64,000 nucleotides of DNA from Gemmatimonadales bacterium (GTDB lineage Bacteria; Gemmatimonadota; Gemmatimonadetes; Gemmatimonadales; GWC2-71-9). Under the pieces are notes generated by a model. That model was not told the DNA's origin and did not search any database. It saw only the letters and a list, made by a program, of their open reading frames with translations. Both the position numbers and the translations under genes were made by a program. The stretch's first letter is position 1; every line of letters begins with the position of its first letter. Of this stretch, positions 55,539 to 64,000 are shown in pieces. The DNA lies in the NCBI GenBank assembly GCA_035557715.1, contig DATMDQ010000085.1, forward strand, positions 1,816 through 65,815. The letters are read 5' to 3'.

Positions 55539-56303
55539 ATGCCGGTACCCGTGTCTATCGTGATCCCGACCCGGAACGAGGAGGCACAGATCGCCGAGTG
55601 CGTTCGGGACCTGGCGTGGGCGGATGAGGTGCTGGTGGCCGACGGCGGCTCTGGTGACACGACCGTGGCCCTTGCCCGTGAGGTCGGCGCGATCGTGCTG
55701 GAGAACGCCGGTGCCACGATCGCGGCGCAGAGGAACGCAGCCATCGAGCGCGCCCGCAACAGTTGGGTCTTCGCGCTGGACGCGGACGAGCGTTTTACCG
55801 AGGCGCTGCGGAACGAGGTGGCGCTCACAGTCGCTGCCCCGCGGCACGACGCCTATCGGGTCCGCCGGCGCAACTTCTACCTCGGTCGGGAGCTGACCAG
55901 GGGCCACTGGGGACACGACTGGGTGACGAGACTCTTTCCTCGCGAGCGGCGTTTTGTGAATCGCCGGGTCCACGAGCATCTCGAGCCATTACCCGATGTT
56001 GGCTGGCTGAGCGCTCCGTTGCTCCATATTCCCTATCGCGACCTCCAGCACCAGCTGGACAAGATGAACCGGTTCGCCCTCTGGGGTGCGGAGGAGCTCT
56101 ACGAGCAAGGACGGCGGGCGAGTGCCTGGGGCCTTCTCACCCGTCCGATTGGTCGCTTTCTCAAGGCGTATCTGCTCCAGGGGGGCATCGCCGACGGACG
56201 ACCGGGCCTGGTGAGCTCGATGCTTGGGGGCTACACCGCCTTTCTCAAACAGGCGCATCTCTGGGCACTCGAGGCGGCGCGGGGGACACAGCCGCGAACC
56301 TGA
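55539..56303 (+). CDS. Glycosyltransferase family 2 (LPS-core type)
   Basis: VSIVIPTRNEEAQIAECV...VADGGSGDTT...ALDADE (DxD) motifs. Confidence 0.85.
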   Translation: MPVPVSIVIPTRNEEAQIAECVRDLAWADEVLVADGGSGDTTVALAREVGAIVLENAGATIAAQRNAAIERARNSWVFALDADERFTEALRNEVALTVAAPRHDAYRVRRRNFYLGRELTRGHWGHDWVTRLFPRERRFVNRRVHEHLEPLPDVGWLSAPLLHIPYRDLQHQLDKMNRFALWGAEELYEQGRRASAWGLLTRPIGRFLKAYLLQGGIADGRPGLVSSMLGGYTAFLKQAHLWALEAARGTQPRT

Positions 56304-56321
56304 CCCTAGGTTCATGGTCAC

Positions 56322-57524
56322 ATGCAGATGCCGGTTCAACTTCTCCTCACCTACGACTTTCCTCCCATCGGCGGGGGCATCGCCCGCATGATGGGCGAGC
56401 TGGCCAAGCGCTATCCGCCAGGGACTCTGCTCGTGTCGACCGGACAGCACCCGGGCAGTGCTGAGGTCGATGGCGTCCTGCCCAACAGGGTCGATCGCCT
56501 GGACGTGCCCAGTCGCCGGCTGCGCACGGTGCAGGGATTGCTGCGCTGGTCTCATCGGGCGGTCACCCTGGCGGGCTCCGTCCAGCCGGAGTTTGTCTGG
56601 TGCGGCAATCTCAAGCCGGCCGGATATCCTGCCCGCTGGATCCGGAGGCGGCTTGGAGTCCCTTACGGAATTGTGCTGTACGGGACCGATCTCCTCCTGC
56701 TGCGGCATCGTATCCGCCACTCCGCCCTGAAACGCGCCGGGGCGCGTACCTTGATCGGTTCGGCCTCGGTCCTGGTGGCCATCAGTCGCTGGACCCGGGA
56801 CGAGGCCTTATCGTTGCTGGAAGAGCTGGGATTGAACGGCAAGGATATCGCTGTGCGGCTGCTCCCGCTGGGGACCGATCCCGAGCGTTTTCGGCCCGGA
56901 GTTGATTCATCGGCGGTTCGGGCTCGGTACGATCTGGCGGAGGGCCGCTGGTTGCTGACCGTCGCACGCCTGGCGGCGCACAAGGGCATCGACACGGTAT
57001 TACAGGTGCTTGCCGCCCTACGTATGGAGTATCCCGACCTGCGCTACCTTGTAGTCGGACGGGGCGACCGGCTGAGCGACCTCGAGGGTCTGGCGCGGAA
57101 TCTCGGCGTGACCGACCGGGTCCGGTTTCTGACCGACGTTCCCGATGCCGATTTGCCAGCACTCTATAACACCGCCGAGATTTACATGGGGCTCTCCCGG
57201 CCGGCGGGCCTCATGGTGGAAGGTTTCGGCATTTCGCTCAGTGAAGCCTCGGCTTCGGGGATCCCCGTCATTGGCGGGTCGGGAGGTGGTATCCCGGATG
57301 CGGTCCGTGATGGGGAGACGGGATTCCTGGTACAAGCCGCAGGGGCCGAGGCTGCGACGGCCGCGGTGCGGAGGCTGCTGGGCGACCGCGAGCTGGCTCG
57401 CCGGTTGGGCGCCGAAGGCCGCCGGGCTGTCGAGACCTACTACAATTGGGAGCGAGTGACCAGCGAGCTTGCCGGCATCGGTCATGAGTTGGGAGAATCT
57501 GCCCGTCAGGAGGTGGCGCGGTGA
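56322..57524 (+). CDS. Glycosyltransferase family 4
   Basis: TYDFPPIGGGIARMMGELAK and EGFGISLSEASASGIPVIG blocks. Confidence 0.85.
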   Translation: MQMPVQLLLTYDFPPIGGGIARMMGELAKRYPPGTLLVSTGQHPGSAEVDGVLPNRVDRLDVPSRRLRTVQGLLRWSHRAVTLAGSVQPEFVWCGNLKPAGYPARWIRRRLGVPYGIVLYGTDLLLLRHRIRHSALKRAGARTLIGSASVLVAISRWTRDEALSLLEELGLNGKDIAVRLLPLGTDPERFRPGVDSSAVRARYDLAEGRWLLTVARLAAHKGIDTVLQVLAALRMEYPDLRYLVVGRGDRLSDLEGLARNLGVTDRVRFLTDVPDADLPALYNTAEIYMGLSRPAGLMVEGFGISLSEASASGIPVIGGSGGGIPDAVRDGETGFLVQAAGAEAATAAVRRLLGDRELARRLGAEGRRAVETYYNWERVTSELAGIGHELGESARQEVAR

Positions 57525-58174
57525 ACATCGAAATAGCTCCCCAGCCGTCGACCGGATCGGACTACGACCAGCGGTACCGGGAGTGGCTCGATCACCAGGG
57601 CCCGCGCGGGCTCGACCTGGACTGGCGCATGCGACACCTGCTCTGGCGCCAACGAGTACTGCTGCGGCGATTTCCCCCCGAGCGGAAACGGGTTCTCGAT
57701 TTCGGGTGCATGGACGGCATCTTCACCTTGCGACTCCAGCAACTCGGAGCGGAAGCGGTGGGCTACGACATCTCCACCGCGGCTATCAGCCAGGCCGAGA
57801 AATTCCGTGGTGCGGCGCCGCATCCCGCCTTCACGACCGTTCCGCCGGGCCCCGGCCAGTTCGATATGGTCTACTGCAACGAAGTGATCGAGCACATCCG
57901 GGACGATGCGGCGTTCGTAGGGCAGCTGGTTGAATTCCTTGCTCCTGGCGGCGTCCTGGTAGGGACTACTCCGGTGGGAAAACACTTCGGGGATCCGGAC
58001 CGCAAGCACCAGTACGACCGTAACACCCTGGCGCGCGCACTCTCGAGTTGGGGCCGCATCCGAATCCGCCGATATTACCGTACACCGCTTCGCAACCTGC
58101 TGCCGTTTCGACAGGAGGGTGCCGCCGTGTTCATCTTTGAGGTCAGGCCGCAGAGTCTTCGGGACGCACGCTGA
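57521..58174 (+). CDS. Class I SAM-dependent methyltransferase
   Basis: VLDFGCMDGIFT (motif I) and MVYCNEVIEHI. 4-nt overlap with the upstream GT4 gene. Confidence 0.85.
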   Translation: MNIEIAPQPSTGSDYDQRYREWLDHQGPRGLDLDWRMRHLLWRQRVLLRRFPPERKRVLDFGCMDGIFTLRLQQLGAEAVGYDISTAAISQAEKFRGAAPHPAFTTVPPGPGQFDMVYCNEVIEHIRDDAAFVGQLVEFLAPGGVLVGTTPVGKHFGDPDRKHQYDRNTLARALSSWGRIRIRRYYRTPLRNLLPFRQEGAAVFIFEVRPQSLRDAR

Positions 58175-59258
58175 TTGCGTAGGTGGGGCAATTGAGTACG
58201 TAGGCGCCATCGATGGGGGACCAGCTCTGGACGGGGGTCATCACCTCTGCCTTGCCCCGGGCGTCCAACCGAAATACCTGAGGGGCCTGGATCACGCATG
58301 ACCCGCAACCCACGCAGCGAGCCTCGTCCACCAGCACGCGGAGCCTGCGAACCGGGTGCATGCCCTCGCTGATGCCGCCGAGCCGGGTACCGAGCTGGTC
58401 CAGGGTGTTGGCGGTGGCACGGTAGCCCGACTCGATCAGCTCCTCAGTCTTGTCGAATGCGAACATCGAGATGTGCTCCACCCGGGGCTGCACCAGCACC
58501 AGAGGCGGGCCCTTCCAGTCTCGCAGCTGAGATTCGATCTGGGTCTGCATCACGATCTCGAGACCCCGGATGTAGGTGGCCGCAAAGCCCTGAGTCTCCA
58601 CCTCCGAGCGGAGGACGCTGGTGGCGGCAACGTTGATCGCGAGGATCGGACCCTGGCCCAGCGAAGCGGCCATGCGCACTGGTAAATTCTCGACCACGGC
58701 CCCATCGACGTACGCCCGACCGTTGATCTCCCGCGGCGGGAAAATTCCCGGCAGGGCGCAGGAGGCGGCCACCGCGTCGGCCACCCGGGCTGTGCGGAGA
58801 CCGGGGAGCCCCCACATGACCTGCATGCCGGAGTGTAGATCGACGGTGTTGATCAGGAGTCGGCGCTGGAGATCGCCAAAAGTGACGTCTCCAACCAGGC
58901 TGGCGATAAGGGCTTCGAGCGGTTCGCGACGGTAGAGGGCGGGGGCGAGAAGGCGGCGAAATGCCACGTCCGCACGGGCAACCTGGAAGACGTCCCGGCG
59001 GCGAACCAGGCGGGCTCGAGCCTCCATCTTCTGGGCGGGCACCCCGGCGGCCCAGGCCGCGGCAATAAGGGATCCGATGCTGGAGCCCACAACCAGGTTC
59101 GGCACCAGGCCTCGCTCTTCCAGGGCCCGCAGCACGCCGATGTGGGCCAGCCCTTTCAAGCCGCCGCCACTCAGGACCAGGGTAAAGGGGCTATCCGGTA
59201 TCACATGATCGCCCTGCCAAAGGTTGCATTCGGATCCGCCGCCGATCCAAAAATGCAA
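58143..59258 (-). CDS. Patatin-like phospholipase fused to a C-terminal single-cluster ferredoxin domain
   Basis: LVLSGGGLKGLAHIG (oxyanion) and GSSIGS (GxSxG). C-terminal VDEARCVGCGSCVIQAPQVF...NCPTYAI (CxxCxxC...CP). The start is uncertain (TTG 59258 or GTG 59204). Confidence 0.8.
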   Translation of the reverse strand: MHFWIGGGSECNLWQGDHVIPDSPFTLVLSGGGLKGLAHIGVLRALEERGLVPNLVVGSSIGSLIAAAWAAGVPAQKMEARARLVRRRDVFQVARADVAFRRLLAPALYRREPLEALIASLVGDVTFGDLQRRLLINTVDLHSGMQVMWGLPGLRTARVADAVAASCALPGIFPPREINGRAYVDGAVVENLPVRMAASLGQGPILAINVAATSVLRSEVETQGFAATYIRGLEIVMQTQIESQLRDWKGPPLVLVQPRVEHISMFAFDKTEELIESGYRATANTLDQLGTRLGGISEGMHPVRRLRVLVDEARCVGCGSCVIQAPQVFRLDARGKAEVMTPVQSWSPIDGAYVLNCPTYAISVRPEDSAA

Positions 59259-59276
59259 GAATCGTGCGCTCGGCGC

Positions 59277-59314
59277 GGTGAGAGCCGACGCCAGAAGGAT
59301 GTGCCCGGCTCACC
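59277..59314. repeat. Single-unit hairpin (GGTGAGAGCCG ... CGGCTCACC)
   Basis: Read directly from the divergent spacer between the patatin gene and dppC-like gene. It is a minimal version of the heptamer palindromes. Confidence 0.55.
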
Positions 59315-59347
59315 CTCGGAACGGGTAACCCAGGACACGGGAGCAGG

Positions 59348-60193
59348 ATGCCACAGAGTGTGCTAGGGGAGCGGCTGCGGCGGGATCGATTCTTTCAGCT
59401 GGGGCTCTGCTTCGTCTCGGTAGTGGTGATTGCCGCGGTGTTCGCCCCCTGGCTAGCGCCCCACAACCCTATCACGGGCGACCTCAGGAACGCCTACCTG
59501 GTCGAGCCGGGGTCGCGATTCCTCCTGGGGACCGATACCCAGGGGCGCGACGTCCTCAGCCGGGTGCTCTACGGGGCCCGCCTGTCCCTTTCCGTCGGCA
59601 TCATTTCCCAGTCGGTGTCGGTGACCCTCGGCGTGCTGCTTGGCCTGTTGGCCGGCTACTACGGCCGTTGGGTCGATGCCCTGGTGATGCGTCTGGCCGA
59701 CATCACCCTCGCGTTCCCCACCCTTCTCCTGCTCATCGCGGTAGCCGCGGCGGTCAAGCCCTCGCTGCCTGTAGTCTTCGTCGTCATCGGGGTCGTTGGC
59801 TGGGCCGGCATGGCCCGACTGGTTCGAAGCCAGGTTCTGGTCCTCCGCCACTCCGAGTTCGTCCTGGCCGCCCGTGCGCTGGGGGCTCGTGACCGCCGGA
59901 TCCTGCTGCGGCATCTCCTCCCCAATGTGCGCACCCAGGTCATCATTGCGGCTACCCTGGGCATAGCGGGCGCTATCATGGCCGAAGCCGCGCTCTCCTT
60001 CGTGGGACTGGGGGCGCAGCCGCCCACCCCAAGTTGGGGGGCCATGGTGGCCGATGGCCGGGACCTGCTGCGCGTCGCCCCCTGGATCTCGTTCGCTCCC
60101 GGCCTCGCCATCGGTGCGGCGGTGCTCGGCTTCAACCTGGTGGGCGACGCGCTTCGTGAGGCGTACGATCCCAAGCTACGAAGTGAGAGGTGA
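59348..60193 (+). CDS. Peptide/nickel ABC transporter permease (DppC/OppC-like)
   Basis: N-terminal OppC-type segment and a BPD permease body (LGAQPPTPSWGAMV). It is isolated from the dppB-like and SBP genes about 44 kb away. Confidence 0.88.
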   Translation: MPQSVLGERLRRDRFFQLGLCFVSVVVIAAVFAPWLAPHNPITGDLRNAYLVEPGSRFLLGTDTQGRDVLSRVLYGARLSLSVGIISQSVSVTLGVLLGLLAGYYGRWVDALVMRLADITLAFPTLLLLIAVAAAVKPSLPVVFVVIGVVGWAGMARLVRSQVLVLRHSEFVLAARALGARDRRILLRHLLPNVRTQVIIAATLGIAGAIMAEAALSFVGLGAQPPTPSWGAMVADGRDLLRVAPWISFAPGLAIGAAVLGFNLVGDALREAYDPKLRSER

Positions 60194-60279
60194 GAGGTGA
60201 GAAGCGAGAAGGGAAATCCAGGGGAGGGGGTTGCGGTGAAGGGGAGTTCCCTCTCACCGCTTACTTCTCACCTCTCACC
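60182..60279. repeat. Tandem-heptamer palindrome (AGTGAGA GGTGAGA GGTGAGA AGCGAGA ... CCCTCTCACCGCTTACTTCTCACCTCTCACC) with a perfect 16-bp outer stem
   Basis: GGTGAGAGGTGAGAAG (60189-60204) pairs with CTTCTCACCTCTCACC (60264-60279). It spans the dppC-like stop (60191-60193) and both candidate GTG starts of the next gene. Confidence 0.92.
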
Positions 60280-61420
60280 GGCCCAGGACCTCGCCTCTCT
60301 TCGCGCCCAGGAATTCCCCTGGACCGCCGATACCATCTACCTGAACAACGCCAGCGTCGGTCCGCTGCCGGAGCGCACCCGGAAGGTGCTGGACGAGTTC
60401 AACCGGAAGCGTTCCGCCCCCTTTCAACTTCCCGATCGTGAGCTCTTCGCCACCATGGCCGAGTCGCGCCGGCTGGCAGCGGAGCTGATCGGGGCGGTCC
60501 CCGAGGAGATCGCCCTTACCATCAACACCGGATTCGGATTGAGCATGGCGGCCCGATCTCTGCCGCTCCGCCCGGGTGACATCGTGCTGGCGAGCGACAA
60601 GGAGTTTCCGGCCAACATCTACCCCTGGATGCTGCTCAAGGACGGCGGCATTACGCTCGAGCTCGCGCCGACCACGAACGAAGGATGGCCGGACGAAGCC
60701 CATCTGCTGGACCGGCTCGGCGACCCTCGGGTCAAGGTGCTCGCGGTGTCGCTGGTGCAGTTCAGTAACGGGTACACGGTCGACCTGGCCCGGCTCTCGG
60801 CCGCAACGCGAGCCTCAGGGACCTATCTGGTGGTGGATGCCATCCAGGGTGTGGGGCAGCTACCGGTGGATGTGAGGACAACACCGGTGGACATCCTGGC
60901 CTGTGGCGCGCAGAAGTGGCTGCTCTCGCCCTGGGGCTCAGGCTTCGTGTATGTCCGCCGGGAGCTGGTGCGCGAGCTGACTCCGTCGGTTACCGGATGG
61001 ATGGCGTTCGAAGGCACCGAGGACTTCACCCGGCTTACCGAGTACCGCGACACCCTGCGGGGAGACGCCCGGCGATTCGAGCTGATCACGCTTCCGTATC
61101 AGGACTTTGCCGGGATGAACGCCTCGCTGGGCCTCTTGCTCTCCGTGGGCATTCCGCGCATCGCCGAGCACCTTCAGGCCTTACATGCTCCGGTGCTGGC
61201 CTGGGCGGCGCGACGGGGGGTGCGCGTGGTGTCACCGGGGGGTAAGCGGGGCTCGGGAATTCTCTGCGTGCGGCCGCCTGATGTGGGCGACGCGTTTCGG
61301 CGGCTGAAGGGGGCACGGATCATTGCCAGCATGCGGGAAGGCGCTATCCGGCTCAGTCCCCATCTCTACAATACCGTGGAGGAGATGGAGCGGGTGGTCG
61401 ACATATTGGGGGAGTCATGA
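60197..61420 (+). CDS. Class V aminotransferase (cysteine desulfurase / selenocysteine lyase-like)
   Basis: IYLNNASVGPLP...DAIQGVGQLPVDV...CGAQKWLLSPWG blocks. The start is either GTG 60197 or GTG 60236 (GGAGG lies 8 nt upstream of the latter). Both lie inside the repeat. Confidence 0.85.
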   Translation: MRSEKGNPGEGVAVKGSSLSPLTSHLSPAQDLASLRAQEFPWTADTIYLNNASVGPLPERTRKVLDEFNRKRSAPFQLPDRELFATMAESRRLAAELIGAVPEEIALTINTGFGLSMAARSLPLRPGDIVLASDKEFPANIYPWMLLKDGGITLELAPTTNEGWPDEAHLLDRLGDPRVKVLAVSLVQFSNGYTVDLARLSAATRASGTYLVVDAIQGVGQLPVDVRTTPVDILACGAQKWLLSPWGSGFVYVRRELVRELTPSVTGWMAFEGTEDFTRLTEYRDTLRGDARRFELITLPYQDFAGMNASLGLLLSVGIPRIAEHLQALHAPVLAWAARRGVRVVSPGGKRGSGILCVRPPDVGDAFRRLKGARIIASMREGAIRLSPHLYNTVEEMERVVDILGES

Positions 61421-62955
61421 CCGCGTTTACCGAGATGCTGGCTTCGGGCTACGGTACCAGCGAGCCGTCGTTGGTCCTGGGCGCAGCACTGGAGGGACCT
61501 CAGGTCCACCAGGAGCCGAAGATTCGCCTTCCGCTGGCGATGGCCAATCGCCACGGACTGGTAGCAGGTGCCACCGGCACGGGGAAAACCAGGACCCTGC
61601 AGCTGCTCACCGAACAGCTCTCGGCTCAGGGGGTACCGGTATTTCTGGCCGATATGAAGGGCGATCTCTCGGGCCTGGCAGTCCCGGGCGAGGCCTCGCC
61701 CCGGGTGAGCGGACGCTCGAGCGAGATTGGCTGGGCCTGGAAGCCGCAAGGCGTGCCGGTCGAGTTTGTCAGCCTTACTGGTGCGCTGGGCGTGCAACTG
61801 CGTGCAACCGTGAGCTCCTTCGGACCGTTGCTGCTGGGCAAGGTACTGTCATTGAACGAAACCCAGACCAGCATCCTGACCATGGTATTCAAGTACGCGG
61901 ACGACAATCGGCTTCCACTGCTCGATTTTCACGATCTGAGGGCGGTGCTTCAATTCCTCGGGTCGGAAGATGGCAAGGCCGCACTGGCCCAGTACGGCGG
62001 CATGTCCAGCGCGTCGGTGGGCGTCCTGTTGCGGAAAATGGTGGAGCTCGAATCCCAGGGGGCCGAGCGATTCTTCGGCGAGCCCGAGTTCGACGTGAAG
62101 GACATGCTCCAGATAACCCCCGATGGACGTGGCGTGGTCACCTCCCTGGAGCTGCCCGACGTCGCGGACCGGCCAAAGCTTTTCTCGACCTTCATGATGT
62201 GGCTGCTGGCTGAGCTGTACCACAACCTGCCAGAGGCGGGAGACCTGCCGAAGCCGAAGCTGGTCTTCTTCTTTGACGAGGCTCACCTGCTGTTCGACGA
62301 TGCACCGAAGGCGTTTCTCGACCAGATCGAGCAAGTGGTTCGACTGATCCGCTCGAAAGGCGTCGGGGTGTTCTTCGTGACGCAGACTCCCAAGGACGTT
62401 CCCGAGGGTGTGCTCGCACAGCTGGGAAATCGGATCCAGCACGCATTGCGCGCGCATACTCCGGACGATGACAAGGCGCTCAAGGCCACGGTGCGGACCT
62501 TTCCCAAGACAACTTTCTATGATCTGGGCGAGACCCTCACGTCGCTCGGGATCGGCGAGGCGGTGGTCACCGTGCTCAACAGCCGGGGGACGCCGACGCC
62601 GGTCGTCGCAACCCGGCTCATACCCCCTGCGTCGCGCATGGCCCCGCTGACGCCGGAGGAGTTTCAGGCCGATATCAGCCAGTCGGGCCTGTTGGCGGAG
62701 TACGGCAAGCCGCTGGACCGCGAGAGCGCGCGCGAGATCCTGGCCGCAAGAATGGAACGCACCACACCTCCGGCCGCCCAGCCAGCACCGGAGCGCTCGG
62801 CATCGCCACCGGACAAAACCATGGGGGAGATGGCCCGGGACGCTGTATCCTCGCCGACGGGGAGAACGGTTGTGAGAGAGGTCATGCGCGGTCTGTTCGG
62901 GTTGCTCGGTGCCAAGCCTCCACGCAGCAGCAGCACCCGGCGGAGACGCTGGTAG
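61417..62955 (+). CDS. HerA-like ATPase, DUF853 family (YjgR-like)
   Basis: NRHGLVAGATGTGKTRTLQLLTEQLS (Walker A), VFFFDEAHLLF (Walker B), and a C-terminal basic tail. 4-nt overlap with the upstream gene. Confidence 0.85.
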   Translation: MTAFTEMLASGYGTSEPSLVLGAALEGPQVHQEPKIRLPLAMANRHGLVAGATGTGKTRTLQLLTEQLSAQGVPVFLADMKGDLSGLAVPGEASPRVSGRSSEIGWAWKPQGVPVEFVSLTGALGVQLRATVSSFGPLLLGKVLSLNETQTSILTMVFKYADDNRLPLLDFHDLRAVLQFLGSEDGKAALAQYGGMSSASVGVLLRKMVELESQGAERFFGEPEFDVKDMLQITPDGRGVVTSLELPDVADRPKLFSTFMMWLLAELYHNLPEAGDLPKPKLVFFFDEAHLLFDDAPKAFLDQIEQVVRLIRSKGVGVFFVTQTPKDVPEGVLAQLGNRIQHALRAHTPDDDKALKATVRTFPKTTFYDLGETLTSLGIGEAVVTVLNSRGTPTPVVATRLIPPASRMAPLTPEEFQADISQSGLLAEYGKPLDRESAREILAARMERTTPPAAQPAPERSASPPDKTMGEMARDAVSSPTGRTVVREVMRGLFGLLGAKPPRSSSTRRRRW

Positions 62956-62957
62956 GG

Positions 62958-64000
62958 TCAGCTTTCGAGGACCAGGCGGACATAGTTCTTCTTTCCCTTC
63001 CGCAGGATGACGAAGCGGGCGTCCGGCGGGCCCTGAAGCTCGTCCTCGCTTAGCATGCGATCGACGGTCTCGATAGGCTCGTCGTTGATGTAGAAGCCTT
63101 TGCCCTGAATCCCGCGGCGCGCATCGGCCTTCGAACTCGCCAGACCACTCGCCAATAACAGCTCCACAAGCGATAGATCCCGCAGCCCAGCGCGAGACAC
63201 CGTCACGGTAGGCGCGTGACCGGTGAGCACAAGCTCTCCTGTTCCTGGCGTCACCGTGACACCACGCCCTTCAAAGAGTGCGCGGCTCGTCTCCATCGCC
63301 TGCTCCGCCTCGGAGGCACCGTGAACCCGAGTCGTCATGTCCGCCGCCAGGAGCCGCTGCGCGGTCCGCTTTCCAGGATCCCTCGTGTGGGTCGCCATGG
63401 TTTCGGCGATCTCGTCCAGTGACAGAAAGGTGAACAGCTTGAGGTAGCGCTCGACATCGCGATCATCGGTGTTGATCCAGAACTGGTAGAACTGGTACGG
63501 ACTGGTCTTGGCCGGGTCGAGCCAGATGTTGCCGACCTCGCTCTTCCCGAACTTTGCGCCCGACGCGTTGGTAATCAGAGGAAAGACGAGTCCGTGAAGC
63601 TGCTGCCCTTCGCGCTTGCGGACCAGCTCGATCCCTGCCGTGATGTTGCCCCACTGATCGCCGCCGCCGACTTGCAGCTCGCAGCCCTCGGTTCGAAAGA
63701 GATGCCAGAAATCGTAGGCCTGAATGGCCATGTAGCTGAATTCGGTGTAACTGATGCCACTCTCCAGCCTGCTGCGCACGCTGTCCTTCTGAAGCATGAA
63801 TCCCAGCGTGAGGTGGCGGCCAGCTTCGCGGAGAAAGTCCATGAGCGGCAGATCGCGCAGCCAGTCCGCATTGTTACGAAGCCGGGCGCTATTGCTGCCG
63901 CTGCCGTCGAAGCTCAGGAATCGGGCGAGCTGAGCCTGGATCGCCTGGGCATTGCGATCGATGTGTTCGAGGGGAAGGATCGGCCGCTCCGAGCGCTTGC
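62958..64000 (-). CDS. tyrS: Tyrosyl-tRNA synthetase (5' end beyond the window)
   Basis: KFGKS (KMSKS-type) motif and a C-terminal S4 domain. The frame stays open upstream of the listed Met (63842) to the window end (…KRSERPILPLEHIDRNAQAIQAQL…). Confidence 0.9.
   Translation of the reverse strand, partial: KRSERPILPLEHIDRNAQAIQAQLARFLSFDGSGSNSARLRNNADWLRDLPLMDFLREAGRHLTLGFMLQKDSVRSRLESGISYTEFSYMAIQAYDFWHLFRTEGCELQVGGGDQWGNITAGIELVRKREGQQLHGLVFPLITNASGAKFGKSEVGNIWLDPAKTSPYQFYQFWINTDDRDVERYLKLFTFLSLDEIAETMATHTRDPGKRTAQRLLAADMTTRVHGASEAEQAMETSRALFEGRGVTVTPGTGELVLTGHAPTVTVSRAGLRDLSLVELLLASGLASSKADARRGIQGKGFYINDEPIETVDRMLSEDELQGPPDARFVILRKGKKNYVRLVLES

Overview
This is a gene-dense, high-GC (about two-thirds G+C by eye) chromosomal segment from a diderm bacterium. 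Several protein signatures suggest the FCB group or Gemmatimonadota: a PorX-type receiver-PglZ regulator, a short sigma-70 without region 1.1, TamA/TamB, LPS-type glycosyltransferases, and frequent GTG/TTG starts. That placement is inference only.

I support 63 protein-coding calls. Two are partial at the window edges. Two are 58-codon zinc-ribbon ORFs below the ORF-track size cutoff. I also call one sigma-70-type promoter, one terminator-like hairpin and 12 repeat loci.

The content is mostly housekeeping:
- a HAD hydrolase plus glycolate oxidase glcDEF;
- aroB;
- a peptide ABC importer fragment with PBP4;
- tamAB;
- an NtrC-type activator block;
- a cytochrome c-FTR1 iron permease;
- a 20-gene minus-strand string (yebC-ruvC-ruvA-ruvB-queA-tgt-yajC-def-fmt-thiESG-rsmB-rpe-tsaD-lgt);
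- an LPS/glycan cluster (GT9, MsbA-like exporter, several glycosyltransferases, a methyltransferase).

I saw no rRNA, tRNA, CRISPR, transposase, integrase or phage genes. I do not see a convincing self-contained novel multi-gene system such as a defence island.

The strongest unexplained signal is non-coding. A recurrent architecture of tandem 7-9 nt G-rich units, followed by the inverted C-rich array, sits immediately upstream of start codons at 9 or more gene junctions. The unit sequence is locus-specific but matches between the two arms of each locus. Some arms overlap coding sequence, and some fit the G-quadruplex consensus.

Other points worth a second look:
- the two hidden zinc-ribbon ORFs;
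- a DnaB-like protein lacking the N-terminal domain;
- a kinase-less PASTA protein;
- a patatin-ferredoxin fusion;
- a cytochrome c-FTR1 fusion;
- convergent genes with overlapping 3' ends.

All function calls rest on motif recognition from the translations; no searches were run. CDS coordinates derive from the ORF track. Coordinates of non-coding features were read from the line numbering and may be off by 1-2 nt.
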